Origin: Lachnospiraceae bacterium
GTDB taxonomy: Bacteria; Bacillota; Clostridia; Lachnospirales; Lachnospiraceae
Length of the DNA stretch: 64,000 nt
Assembly: GCA_016297945.1 (NCBI GenBank)
Contig: JAEDFR010000001.1
Location: forward strand, 3,654 to 67,653
Reading direction: 5' to 3'
In this document: in pieces, positions 50,241 through 59,815 of the stretch
How positions within the stretch are numbered: the stretch's first letter is position 1
Layout: every line of letters begins with the position of its first letter
Translations under genes and position numbers: made by a program
The notes under the pieces: generated by a model
What the model was told of the DNA's origin: nothing
Databases searched by the model: none
The model's input: the letters and a program-made list of their open reading frames with translations, nothing else

Positions 50241-50496
50241 AATATAATTCCTTTTCCTTTCTTGTTGCTAACCTTGCCGATATCATGCGAATTTTTGCTA
50301 ATCGCAATGTATATACCACAACTAATACTTCCTCTACCAACCCGATAGTAATATATCTGTCTTCATTTATACTATGTACGATATCGTAATAATCCAAACG
50401 GTTTTCATCCAGAAATACTCTGGCTGAAGTCTCAAATGATATATGATGCTTTTTCATATTTGCATCATTCTTATTTGTATCCCATTCTATTTTCAT
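50224..50496 (-). CDS. brnT: BrnT-family ribonuclease toxin
   Basis: EWDTNKNDANMKKHHISF, EDRYITIG and IRMISARLAT motifs. Confidence 0.9.
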   Translation of the reverse strand: MKIEWDTNKNDANMKKHHISFETSARVFLDENRLDYYDIVHSINEDRYITIGLVEEVLVVVYTLRLAKIRMISARLATRKEKELYYEENY

Positions 50497-50512
50497 TTGT
50501 CACCTCCATTAT

Positions 50513-50643
50513 ATACATTTTATAATTCTTTTTGCAATACATTTTGTAATACTTTTCAGAATACATTTTGCAATGCTTTCTCAACACATTTTACAATTCT
50601 TTTCGCAATGCATTTTGCAATACTTTTTGAAGTGCTTTTATAA
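50513..50643. repeat. Degenerate 12-bp tandem array, about 11 units, consensus ATACATTTTGCA
   Basis: Fills almost the whole comM-brnT intergenic space. Confidence 0.8.
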
Positions 50644-50654
50644 ATATTTCCAGT

Positions 50655-52319
50655 TTATCTATCCAACAACCCGCGATAGGAAACAGCTTCTAATATATGT
50701 TTTTCATCTATAATCTGTGCACCATCCAGATCCGCAATTGTCCTTGCGACCCGTAACGTGCGATGATATCCCCGCATACTCAGATTTTTGGTATTATAAT
50801 AATTCTCCATGATTTTTTCCGCATGATTCGTCATACCACAGATTTTCTCCATTTCTTTTGCCGCAATCCTTCCGTTATATACGCCTATTCCATTTCGATT
50901 CTTTTGAATTTCTCTTGCTTTTATAACTCTTTTCCGAATACTTTCGCTGGTCTCCTCCTGCGTTTTTTTCCTCATCTGTTCATAGGAACCGCGTAAAACA
51001 TTTACACATAGATCAAAACGATTTAATAACGGTCCCGATATACTATGAACATATCGTTCGACTTCTTTTTGACCGCAGTTACAGTGGTTTCTGTCAGGAT
51101 AGTAGCCACACGGACAAGGGTTCATGGCTGCAACAAGCATAAAATTGCATGGATAGACATAGCTCCCACTTTTTCTGGTGATCACAATTTGCCCTTCTTC
51201 CATAGGTTGTCTGAGCATATCCAACGTTTGTCTTTTAAATTCCGGTAATTCGTCTAAGAAAAGCACACCGTGATTTGATAAAGAAATGATTCCCGGCATC
51301 GGAATAATGCCGCCACCGACAAGAGCCTGCGGTGTAATGGTATGATGTGCACTTTGATATGGTCTTTCCCGAATAAAAGGAAAATCCTCATGAAGTAAGC
51401 CGGCAACACTATATATCTTAGATGTTTCCAACATTTCCTCTTCCTCCATGGGTGGTAAGATGCCCGCGAGCGCAGTAGCGATCATGGATTTTCCGGTTCC
51501 GGGAGGTCCTGTTAACAGTAGATTGTGAAATCCTGCCGCCGCAATCTCCGCGGCACGTTTAGCTGCCTTTTGTCCGATGATATCACTAAAATCTAGTTTC
51601 ACGTTTATTTTTTCTTTTGTCTTTTTTCCGATTTTTGCTATGTTATCTTCTCTGATGGTAATCTGATTATTTTCTTCTTTATTTTTCTTTTTATTTTCTT
51701 CTTTTTTCTTTTTATTTTTTTCATCATTCTCTCTTTCTATAGTCTTTTCCTGTGTGATTATATCAATATTTGCTCCGATGTTTTTATTTTGCTCTTTCAC
51801 ACTTTCCAAAGAACGTTGAAAAATCATGATCAATTCATCTAAATCTTGTAAAGGAATCGTTTCTATTCCCTTGATAAATCGTGCCTCCCTACAATTATCC
51901 ATTGGCAACAGGCATTTGCTTATTCCACACGCTTTTGCCTTTAATAGAATTGGCAGAATTCCACTCACTCCACGAATTTTTCCATCCAGCCCCAACTCTC
52001 CGATTGCCATCCAATTACATTCCTTCGGAAGATTTATAATTCCCATGGAAGCTAATATGCCAATTGCAATCGGCAGATCAAACGCTGTCCCGCCTTTTTT
52101 GATTCCGGCGGGTGATAAGTTTATCGTCACTCGTTTTGGCGGAATCGCATAGCCAATATTTTTTAATGCTACACGAACACGCTCTGCCGACTCTTTTACC
52201 TCATGTCCCAGATTTCCAACTAAATCCATACATGGCAACCCGTCTGCCATATCAATTTCTGCCGTAACAAGATATCCTTCGACACCATTTACGGCTCCTG
52301 TCAATAAAGATTTAACCAT
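50655..52319 (-). CDS. comM: ComM/YifB Mg-chelatase-like AAA+ helicase
   Basis: VKESAERVR, INLSPA, FDLPIAIG, GPPGTGKSM, LFLDELPEF and AAMNPCPCG motifs. Confidence 0.95.
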   Translation of the reverse strand: MVKSLLTGAVNGVEGYLVTAEIDMADGLPCMDLVGNLGHEVKESAERVRVALKNIGYAIPPKRVTINLSPAGIKKGGTAFDLPIAIGILASMGIINLPKECNWMAIGELGLDGKIRGVSGILPILLKAKACGISKCLLPMDNCREARFIKGIETIPLQDLDELIMIFQRSLESVKEQNKNIGANIDIITQEKTIERENDEKNKKKKEENKKKNKEENNQITIREDNIAKIGKKTKEKINVKLDFSDIIGQKAAKRAAEIAAAGFHNLLLTGPPGTGKSMIATALAGILPPMEEEEMLETSKIYSVAGLLHEDFPFIRERPYQSAHHTITPQALVGGGIIPMPGIISLSNHGVLFLDELPEFKRQTLDMLRQPMEEGQIVITRKSGSYVYPCNFMLVAAMNPCPCGYYPDRNHCNCGQKEVERYVHSISGPLLNRFDLCVNVLRGSYEQMRKKTQEETSESIRKRVIKAREIQKNRNGIGVYNGRIAAKEMEKICGMTNHAEKIMENYYNTKNLSMRGYHRTLRVARTIADLDGAQIIDEKHILEAVSYRGLLDR

Positions 52320-52511
52320 ATTGATTCTCCTTTTCTTTGATTATTATTTTTATTTTGTTTTTCTTATCCTCAGCACCGCCAGGCAATTCCTGCGGGGTAT
52401 ATTTGACTTGCTTCCTCCTCCCTTACCCCGCCAGACATAACGCATGGATAAATGAGCGCATTTTAAGATTTTAAGCCTCACCACAGAATATAATTTTTCA
52501 AAAAAATTTCT

Positions 52512-52556
52512 TATTTCAATTTGTACAACTTGAAATATTTCGACAGAATTGTCGAG
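52512..52556. promoter_or_regulatory. Palindromic operator plus inverted Spo0A-like boxes upstream of comM
   Basis: TATTTCAAtTTGTACAAcTTGAAATA (52512-52537); TTCGACA-gaat-TGTCGAG (52539-52556), with a perfect TGTCGAA on the minus strand. Confidence 0.5.
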
Positions 52557-52568
52557 AAAAGATTTAGA

Positions 52569-52597
52569 ATGCTCCCGCCAAAAACCGGCGGGAGCAT
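52569..52597 (-). terminator. GC-rich hairpin downstream of pilT
   Basis: ATGCTCCCGCC-N7-GGCGGGAGCAT; U tract weak. Confidence 0.6.
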
Positions 52598-52629
52598 GTG
52601 AATTCAAATAAATGCCAAAATAACCGAAA

Positions 52630-53694
52630 TTAGAATACCTGTGTACGCATCTTTTCGGGATCACGTGCGTACTGAATACAACTTTCTTTTGAAATCTTGC
52701 GTTCCATATACAGCTTCATCAGATAATCATCCAATGTTGACATTCCTTCTCGTTTACTTGTCTGAATGACAGATTGAAGCTGATGGGTTTTACCTTCACG
52801 GATCAGGTTACGAACAGCTGAATTTGCATGCATAACTTCGAATGCAGCCACACGACCATCTTCTGTGACATTCGGAATCAAGGTCTGAGAAATAATGCAG
52901 ACCAATACGGCAGACAACTGTACACGAATCTGCTGTTGCTGATGTGTCGGGAATGTATCAATAATACGGTCAACAGTCGAAGAGGCGTCCATGGTATGTA
53001 AGGTAGATAATACTAAGTGTCCGGTTTCAGCTGCTGTGATTGCTGTTGAGATTGTTTCAAAGTCACGCATCTCACCTACCAGAATAACATCCGGATCTTC
53101 ACGAAGTGCACCACGAAGTGCATTTGCAAAACTCTGGGTATCCTGATTAACCTCACGCTGGTTGATCATGGACATCTTATGTGTATGTGTATACTCGATA
53201 GGTTCCTCAATTGTAATGATATGTGCATCACGATGCTCATTTATCTTATCAATAATAGATGCAAGAGTGGTCGATTTACCGGAACCGGTAGGTCCGGTTA
53301 CCAAAATTAAACCTCTCTTACGCTGATATAAATCAACAACCGACTGAGGAATACCAAGCTTTTCAGTTGTAGGGATTTCTGTTGTTACAGTACGAAATGC
53401 GATACCGATACTACCGCGCTGCTTATAAACATTGACACGATAACGTCCGATATTGGGATAACCTACGGACATATCGTATTCACCCATTTCCTCAAAACGT
53501 TCTCTCTGCTTCGGTCTTAACAAGTTAACTACAAATTCCAATGTATCATTCGGTGTCAATACCGGCAAATCCAATTTTTGTAAGTGACCATTCAAACGCA
53601 TAATCGGCGGTACGCCTACAGTAATATGGCAGTCAGATGCACCTGCATTGTACGCAATTCCTAAAATTTCCTCTAACGTTGCTGGATATCCCAT
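52630..53694 (-). CDS. pilT: Type IV pilus retraction ATPase
   Basis: ASDCHITVGVPP, GPTGSGKSTTLA, LREDPDVILVGEMRD, AAETGHLV and AVRNLIRE (AIRNLIRE motif). Confidence 0.96.
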   Translation of the reverse strand: MGYPATLEEILGIAYNAGASDCHITVGVPPIMRLNGHLQKLDLPVLTPNDTLEFVVNLLRPKQRERFEEMGEYDMSVGYPNIGRYRVNVYKQRGSIGIAFRTVTTEIPTTEKLGIPQSVVDLYQRKRGLILVTGPTGSGKSTTLASIIDKINEHRDAHIITIEEPIEYTHTHKMSMINQREVNQDTQSFANALRGALREDPDVILVGEMRDFETISTAITAAETGHLVLSTLHTMDASSTVDRIIDTFPTHQQQQIRVQLSAVLVCIISQTLIPNVTEDGRVAAFEVMHANSAVRNLIREGKTHQLQSVIQTSKREGMSTLDDYLMKLYMERKISKESCIQYARDPEKMRTQVF

Positions 53695-53722
53695 TTCTTA
53701 TCTCCTTTACCTTCCCAACATT

Positions 53723-54370
53723 TTACCTTGTTGTGTCATCCTCAAATCTGGCCCGAAGTTTTCGCAAAGCCTTTTTTTCAATTCTGGATACGTAGCTTCG
53801 TGAAATCCCAAGCATTTGGCCAATCATTCGCTGCGGCATCTCCTCTTCCCCATCCAATGCATATCTGAGACGAATAACCTGCAATTCCTTTGGTGTTAAT
53901 GTCTCTGCCAATATCGCACGAAGTTTTTTGATATCATCCTGTAATGACATTTTTTCAAACGCATCGGTATCTTCCGCACAGGTAATGTCGAGAAGACTGA
54001 TCTCATTACCCTCTTTGTCAATACCGACCGGTTCATATATCGATACATCTTTTGAGGATTTTTTCTTGGCTCGTAACATCATCAGCAGTTCGTTGTCTAT
54101 ACAACGTGCCGCATAAGTAGCTAACCGGTTTCCTTTGCTTCCATCATACGTCTGAATGGCTTTAATCAGACCAATGGTCCCTATGGAAATCAAATCCTCT
54201 GGACTTTCATCCACATTTTGATATTTCTTTGCAATATGAGCAACCAACCGCAAATTTCGCTCTATTAAAATCTGCCTGGCTTCTTCGGACACCTCTTTTT
54301 CGCCCTCCAAATACATGCGGATATAGTAAGCTTCTTCTTCCTCGCTTAAGGGTTGTTTAAATGTTCTCAT
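53723..54370 (-). CDS. sigK: Sporulation sigma factor SigK, no pro-sequence
   Basis: LIERNLRLVAHIAKKY, DLISIGTIGLIKA, LATYAARCIDNE, GIDKEGNEISL and GISRSYVSRIEKKAL motifs. Confidence 0.92.
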   Translation of the reverse strand: MRTFKQPLSEEEEAYYIRMYLEGEKEVSEEARQILIERNLRLVAHIAKKYQNVDESPEDLISIGTIGLIKAIQTYDGSKGNRLATYAARCIDNELLMMLRAKKKSSKDVSIYEPVGIDKEGNEISLLDITCAEDTDAFEKMSLQDDIKKLRAILAETLTPKELQVIRLRYALDGEEEMPQRMIGQMLGISRSYVSRIEKKALRKLRARFEDDTTR

Positions 54371-54397
54371 CCAAAATCCCCGAAAACGGTTTTACTA

Positions 54398-54426
54398 TAT
54401 TCTATGCTTAGGGCTTAATTAAGGTT
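54398..54426 (-). promoter_or_regulatory. SigK/SigE-type promoter of sigK
   Basis: AACC-N16-CATAGAATA matches the SigK consensus AC-N17-CATAnnnTA. Confidence 0.65.
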
Positions 54427-54609
54427 TCACAACATATTTATTATACAAACTATACTTTCAAAGTGCAAGTTTGTTCTGCTAATTTTTCATCTTCTACTTA
54501 GATTTTCATCTTCTGCATTATTTTTCATCTTTTCTAACCGGCTCTCAACTGTCCGGCACAATAATCTGCCGCTATAAAAGTGCTTATTTCATGCACGAAA
54601 ATTGAAAAT

Positions 54610-55104
54610 CTATTTCTTTCTGTCTTTAAATGCCCAAAATTTGTTTAAGATAAAATTAATCGGTATGGTAATCAACAATGTAACAAGGGGTGCAATGGCT
54701 TCAGGAACGTGTAAAAACCGAACCCAGATTACCAGTAAAACATTTTCCAACACCAGACCGGTTCCGGCATAAGACAAAAATGTTTTCACAAATGCCTGCC
54801 ACAAAGATCTTGCAGCATTTTCCTCTTTTACAAAAACATATTTATTGTTCCAATAAAAAGCATTCATTACACTGACCAAAAAACCAATGACACTGGCAAT
54901 CAGGTAATGGCATCCGGCAAAGATACAAATCAGATAGGTAAAATAATGAATTAAAGTATTGGATACACCTACAATCCCAAATTTAATAAATTGTAAAAAA
55001 GCCTCCCACTGTGCGTCGGATAAAGATATACGAAATACTTTTCGAATAAAAAAATCCAAAATAAAGACAAGTATTTCCCACAGCTTATTAAGTAATTTAA
55101 TCAT
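54610..55104 (-). CDS. gtrA: GtrA-family lipid-linked sugar flippase
   Basis: QFIKFGIVGVSNT, NAFYWNNKYVF and NFILNKFWAF motifs; 4 TMs. Confidence 0.9.
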   Translation of the reverse strand: MIKLLNKLWEILVFILDFFIRKVFRISLSDAQWEAFLQFIKFGIVGVSNTLIHYFTYLICIFAGCHYLIASVIGFLVSVMNAFYWNNKYVFVKEENAARSLWQAFVKTFLSYAGTGLVLENVLLVIWVRFLHVPEAIAPLVTLLITIPINFILNKFWAFKDRKK

Positions 55105-55268
55105 CTTTTAATTTTCCTTGTTGCAGTTTCTATTTTCATTTCTGATTCTCTTTGTTAAAAATCTATATATATATCTGACACCTTAATGATGTTTTATAAA
55201 AATTACAATACATAGTTGATTGTTTCTTAATAATTCTATGATTTGCAATACTTTATTGATCATTTCCA

Positions 55269-56420
55269 CTATATGAATTTTTCAAACACCCAATTGCTGA
55301 CATCCATGCCAAATTCGGTAAGCGCAATCCGGTCCTGATTTCGGTCAACCAAAATCAGTTTCTCTTTTTCAAGCTCCTGTAGTTCTTTTGAAAAACGTTC
55401 AAAGGCCGAACAACCAAATTGGGCTTCAAATTGTTGTAAGGAAACGCCCCTTGACATGCGAAGTCCCAAAAAGAAGAATTCTGCCATAGCATCTTCTTTG
55501 GATATTTGTTCTATCTCATCATACTGTTGGTACAGATCTTCGTTGACAGGTTCTTTCGTTAATGTCCACAACGAAATATATTGTTTCAAATCACCAATAT
55601 TTCTCGTCCGGTATCCGCGTATAAATGAAGAAGCCCCTAAGCCAACACCCAGGTAGGGCACTCTTTCCCAATATCCGCTGTTATGTTTTGATTCAAATCC
55701 GGCTTTTGCATAATTAGATATTTCATACCGGTAATAACCCGCAGCTTGTAAAATCCGTTTTGTTTCATGATACATTGCGCGATCCGTTTCCTCATCGGGA
55801 AGCAGTTCTTTATGATTGGCATATTGCTCATAAAACGGCGTGTTCTCTTCCAGAATCAGACTGTACGAAGAAATATGTTCCGGATTTAATGAAATAATAT
55901 TATGTAAACCCTCGGTGTATTCTTCCAAGAACTGCCCGGGAAGTGCCGACATGCAATCGATATTGATATTTTGAAATCCTGCTTTCCTTGCATCCGAGTA
56001 GATATGCAAAAATTGCTCATAGGTATGAATTCTTCCTAACAACAACAGCTTGTCATTTTGAACAGACTGCAGACCAATGCTTAAACGGTTAAAACCGGCT
56101 TTTCTTAATTTATGTAAACCATTATATTCCATGGTTGCCGGATTGATTTCTATTGTTATTTCTGCATCCGGACACACATCAAATTTACTCCTAATCAAAT
56201 CGAGCAGTTCTGTCAGCTGCTCCGGCATAAGAACAGAAGGAGTTCCTCCTCCAAAATAAATCGTTTCCAGTTTTTCAGGCAAGCTTTCTGCATAATAACC
56301 AATTTCATTTTTTAATGCCTGCACATACTGTTTTTTTACAGTATCGTCCGCAGGCATTGATAAAAAATCACAATAATTACATTTTTTTACACAGAAAGGA
56401 ATGTGTACATATAATTCCAC
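55269..56420 (-). CDS. hemW: Radical SAM heme chaperone HemW (HemN-like)
   Basis: LYVHIPFCVKKCNYCDF, YFGGGTPS, YEISNYA and HNSGYW motifs; follows lepA. Confidence 0.93.
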   Translation of the reverse strand: MELYVHIPFCVKKCNYCDFLSMPADDTVKKQYVQALKNEIGYYAESLPEKLETIYFGGGTPSVLMPEQLTELLDLIRSKFDVCPDAEITIEINPATMEYNGLHKLRKAGFNRLSIGLQSVQNDKLLLLGRIHTYEQFLHIYSDARKAGFQNINIDCMSALPGQFLEEYTEGLHNIISLNPEHISSYSLILEENTPFYEQYANHKELLPDEETDRAMYHETKRILQAAGYYRYEISNYAKAGFESKHNSGYWERVPYLGVGLGASSFIRGYRTRNIGDLKQYISLWTLTKEPVNEDLYQQYDEIEQISKEDAMAEFFFLGLRMSRGVSLQQFEAQFGCSAFERFSKELQELEKEKLILVDRNQDRIALTEFGMDVSNWVFEKFI

Positions 56421-56545
56421 AGTTTTCCTCTTTTTATAACTTCTTTCTATATCTTCTTTTTACATTTTCTTTTATAACTTCTTTTATATCTTCATCCAAT
56501 TCAGTATATGATACCATAATCAAAAGAACATCTTTTTATGCACAT

Positions 56546-58363
56546 TTACTTTTTATCATCCAGCTTCAAAACGCTCATAAAGGCTGATTGCGGAATTTCT
56601 ACATTGCCAACCTGTCGCATACGTTTTTTGCCCTCTTTCTGCTTCTCAAGCAGTTTCTTTTTACGAGTGATATCACCACCGTAACATTTGGCAAGGACAT
56701 CTTTGCGCATTGCCTTAACTGTTTCTCTGGCAATTACTTTTCCGCCGACAGCTGCCTGAATGGGAATTTCAAAAAGGTGTCTCGGAATTTCATCCTTAAG
56801 CTTTTCACACATCCTGCGGCCTCTGTCATAAGCAGAATCCTTATGAACAATAAAAGAAAGTGCATCTACCTCTTCTTTGTTGATTAAAATATCCAGCTTC
56901 ACCAGTTCAGAACGAACATATCCCTTTAATTCATAATCAAAAGAAGCATATCCTCTGGAGCGTGATTTTAACGCATCAAAGAAATCATAGATAATTTCAT
57001 TTAAAGGTAAATCGTATTTTAATAAAGCCCTGGTTTCTTCCATGTAATCCATGCCAAGATAAACACCACGGCGTTCCTGGCACAATTCCATGATAGAACC
57101 GATGAACTCCGTTGTAACCATAATCTCAGCGGTTACAATCGGTTCTTCCATATAATCAATTTCTGAAGGATCCGGTAAGTTACTGGGATTTGTTAACTCG
57201 ATCACTTCACCATTGGTCTTATATACTTTATAAATAACACCCGGTGCTGTTGTCACCAGATCCAGATTATATTCGCGTTCTAAACGTTCCTGTATGATCT
57301 CCAAATGAAGCAATCCCAAAAATCCGCAACGGAAACCAAATCCCAATGCAATGGAAGTCTCCGGCTCATAATTCAGGGACGCATCATTAAGCTGCAGTTT
57401 TTCTAAGGCATCTCTTAAATCCGGATACTTTGCACCATCCGCCGGATACATGCCGCAGTATACCATGGAATTCACTTTTTTATATCCGGGAAGCGGCTCT
57501 TTACAAGGATTATCCGCATCGGTCACCGTATCTCCAACTGCCGTGTCACGCACATTTTTGATGGACGCGGTAATATAACCAACCATACCGGCAGCCAATT
57601 CATCACACGGAATAAACTGGCCGGCGCCAAAATATCCCACTTCGACAACATCAGCCGTAGCGCCGGTTGCCATCATCCGGATGCGCGTTCCTTTTTTTAC
57701 GGTACCGTCAACCAGTCGGCAAAAAATAATAACGCCTTTATAAGAATCATATAACGAATCGAATATCAAAGCAGACAAAGGTGCATCCGGATTTCCCTTG
57801 GGTGCCGGAATCTTTTGTACAACCTGTTCCAGCACTTCTTCAATACCAATTCCGTTTTTTGCAGAAATCATAGGTGCATCCTGTGCTTCAATGCCAATGA
57901 CATCTTCAATTTCATCCTTGACACGCTGCGGTTCTGCACTGGGCAGATCGATTTTATTGATAACCGGAAAAACATCCAAATCGTGATCCAACGCCAGATA
58001 AACATTGGCTAACGTCTGCGCTTCAATACCCTGAGCGGCATCTACAACCAAAATGGCACCGTCACAGGCTGCAAGCGCACGGCTCACTTCATAATTAAAA
58101 TCCACATGCCCCGGCGTATCAATCAGATTAAAGATATACTCTTCCCCATCCTTTGCTTTATAAACAATACGCACGGTCTGCGCTTTAATGGTAATTCCTC
58201 TTTCGCGCTCCAAATCCATATTATCCAGAACCTGTGCCTGCATCTCACGGCTGGTCAAAAGTCCTGTTTTTTCTATAATACGGTCAGCCAGCGTTGACTT
58301 TCCGTGATCTATATGTGCCACAATACAAAAATTGCGGATTTTACTCTGATCAATATGCTGCAT
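56546..58363 (-). CDS. lepA: Translation elongation factor 4
   Basis: [28 protein letters not shown] and [24 protein letters not shown]; start reassigned to ATG 58363 with GGAGGAG RBS. Confidence 0.98.
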   Translation of the reverse strand: MQHIDQSKIRNFCIVAHIDHGKSTLADRIIEKTGLLTSREMQAQVLDNMDLERERGITIKAQTVRIVYKAKDGEEYIFNLIDTPGHVDFNYEVSRALAACDGAILVVDAAQGIEAQTLANVYLALDHDLDVFPVINKIDLPSAEPQRVKDEIEDVIGIEAQDAPMISAKNGIGIEEVLEQVVQKIPAPKGNPDAPLSALIFDSLYDSYKGVIIFCRLVDGTVKKGTRIRMMATGATADVVEVGYFGAGQFIPCDELAAGMVGYITASIKNVRDTAVGDTVTDADNPCKEPLPGYKKVNSMVYCGMYPADGAKYPDLRDALEKLQLNDASLNYEPETSIALGFGFRCGFLGLLHLEIIQERLEREYNLDLVTTAPGVIYKVYKTNGEVIELTNPSNLPDPSEIDYMEEPIVTAEIMVTTEFIGSIMELCQERRGVYLGMDYMEETRALLKYDLPLNEIIYDFFDALKSRSRGYASFDYELKGYVRSELVKLDILINKEEVDALSFIVHKDSAYDRGRRMCEKLKDEIPRHLFEIPIQAAVGGKVIARETVKAMRKDVLAKCYGGDITRKKKLLEKQKEGKKRMRQVGNVEIPQSAFMSVLKLDDKK

Positions 58364-58454
58364 AATTCTCCTCCGATATGAAAGCCTATCGTATTGAATT
58401 ATAGCAAAATTCCTTATGGTAAGCAATAAAATGATGTAAGTGTCAAAAATACAA

Positions 58455-59741
58455 TTATCCTTCTCCTTTCAGAACCATAGCCAGTATCTGTGCCAAAGGC
58501 TCTGCAGCATTCATTGCTTCCTGTACAGTATTGGTCTGCGCACCGACTTCAATCAAAAGGCTCTTGGGTCGGTAATGCATATTGTATCGAAGTCCTTTTA
58601 AGTAAATATTTCTTGCAAATCCCGGATAATACCGGTCTGCAGCGAGTTTCATCTGAAACGAAAACGCCAGATTTTCCTTGATGTACGGATTTTTCAGATA
58701 ATCAATATCTCCTGTTGCATTCAGATAACTGATTCCGTTAAAAAACATAAATTGTGCCGTCTGGCGGCCTCCTACCTCCTGCACCAGATGTGTCGTTTTC
58801 GCCACTCCGTCACGATGTAAATCAATAATGACCTCTATACTCGGATTTTCTGCAAGTATCTTTTCAATTGCGGGTGCCGATACCGAATACGCGTAGTCGC
58901 GATTGGGCAAATCATAAATACCGGTATCATGTATGACATGAAATCCATATTCCTCCCTGAGAATCCCGGCAAGTTTTTCGCCCACGCCAACAATAGTCGT
59001 CGACGGATCTCCGGCTACACTGTCAACAAATCCCTCCTGGGAATGTGTATGATAAATTAAAATCTGCGGAAGCGAGTTATCCTGCTTCATTGTAGCATCA
59101 AATGTTAAAAACTGACCGACATCCAACTTATCCGCCGTCACGCTGGTTGTTGAATCAACCGTATAGTAATGTTGTTTTAAATAGGAAAAATCCTGCAAAG
59201 CATCATAATCAGGTGTAAAAACAGGCTCCTCCTGTTTGACAAAAGCAGAATTTGCAGCTTTTTGATTTTCTGCTAACATCAATTCTTCCATAGACGGCAC
59301 AGGTTTTATTGTTTCATCGGTATTCTCAGACAGACTGTTTTCTTCTTCGTCAATTTCATTTTGCTTCTCATCCGCCAAAGTAAGCGCATCGTCTTCTGTT
59401 TCCTCTGAACCGGAATTTGTATTTCCAAATTGCTCCATAAAATATTCCTTAGCCGTATCGTCCAAATTGCTTTTGCTTTGAACTTCCACATAAGACGGAT
59501 AGTTCAGATAGAAACCATAATTTCCTCCCACCAAAGAAAATGCCATTTCAGAAAATGATATATCCGTTTTTCCAAAGGCGCCGTTTCCAAAATAGGTCTG
59601 CGAAAAGACCATATTACAAAACTCTTCTTTATAACAAAACGACAGTAAAATAAATAAACAAAAAAAAGTACAAAGTGCCAATCCCTGCTCGGGACTGCCG
59701 ATAACTTGTCTTTTCCGATATCGATAATGCCTTCTTCTCAT
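58455..59741 (-). CDS. spoIIP: Stage II sporulation protein P (amidase/endopeptidase)
   Basis: [22 protein letters not shown] and [10 protein letters not shown] motifs. Confidence 0.93.
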   Translation of the reverse strand: MRRRHYRYRKRQVIGSPEQGLALCTFFCLFILLSFCYKEEFCNMVFSQTYFGNGAFGKTDISFSEMAFSLVGGNYGFYLNYPSYVEVQSKSNLDDTAKEYFMEQFGNTNSGSEETEDDALTLADEKQNEIDEEENSLSENTDETIKPVPSMEELMLAENQKAANSAFVKQEEPVFTPDYDALQDFSYLKQHYYTVDSTTSVTADKLDVGQFLTFDATMKQDNSLPQILIYHTHSQEGFVDSVAGDPSTTIVGVGEKLAGILREEYGFHVIHDTGIYDLPNRDYAYSVSAPAIEKILAENPSIEVIIDLHRDGVAKTTHLVQEVGGRQTAQFMFFNGISYLNATGDIDYLKNPYIKENLAFSFQMKLAADRYYPGFARNIYLKGLRYNMHYRPKSLLIEVGAQTNTVQEAMNAAEPLAQILAMVLKGEG

Positions 59742-59755
59742 ATACTCACCACTTC

Positions 59756-59785
59756 AATATATGTCCGAAAGCGACTATCTATGAC
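59756..59785 (-). promoter_or_regulatory. SigE promoter of spoIIP
   Basis: TCATA-N16-CATATATT matches the SigE consensus. Confidence 0.7.
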
Positions 59786-59815
59786 CATGTTGTCCCCAAA
59801 ACATACAAGACAAAG

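Noticed and set aside
50513..50643. Possible CRISPR array
   Set aside because: Units are 12 bp, contiguous and degenerate, with no unique spacers and no cas genes
52350..52664. 104 aa ORF between pilT and comM
   Set aside because: It overlaps the pilT end and crosses a terminator-like hairpin and operator palindromes; no RBS
53723..54370. skin-like prophage interruption of sigK
   Set aside because: The ORF is continuous through regions 2-4 and there is no recombinase nearby
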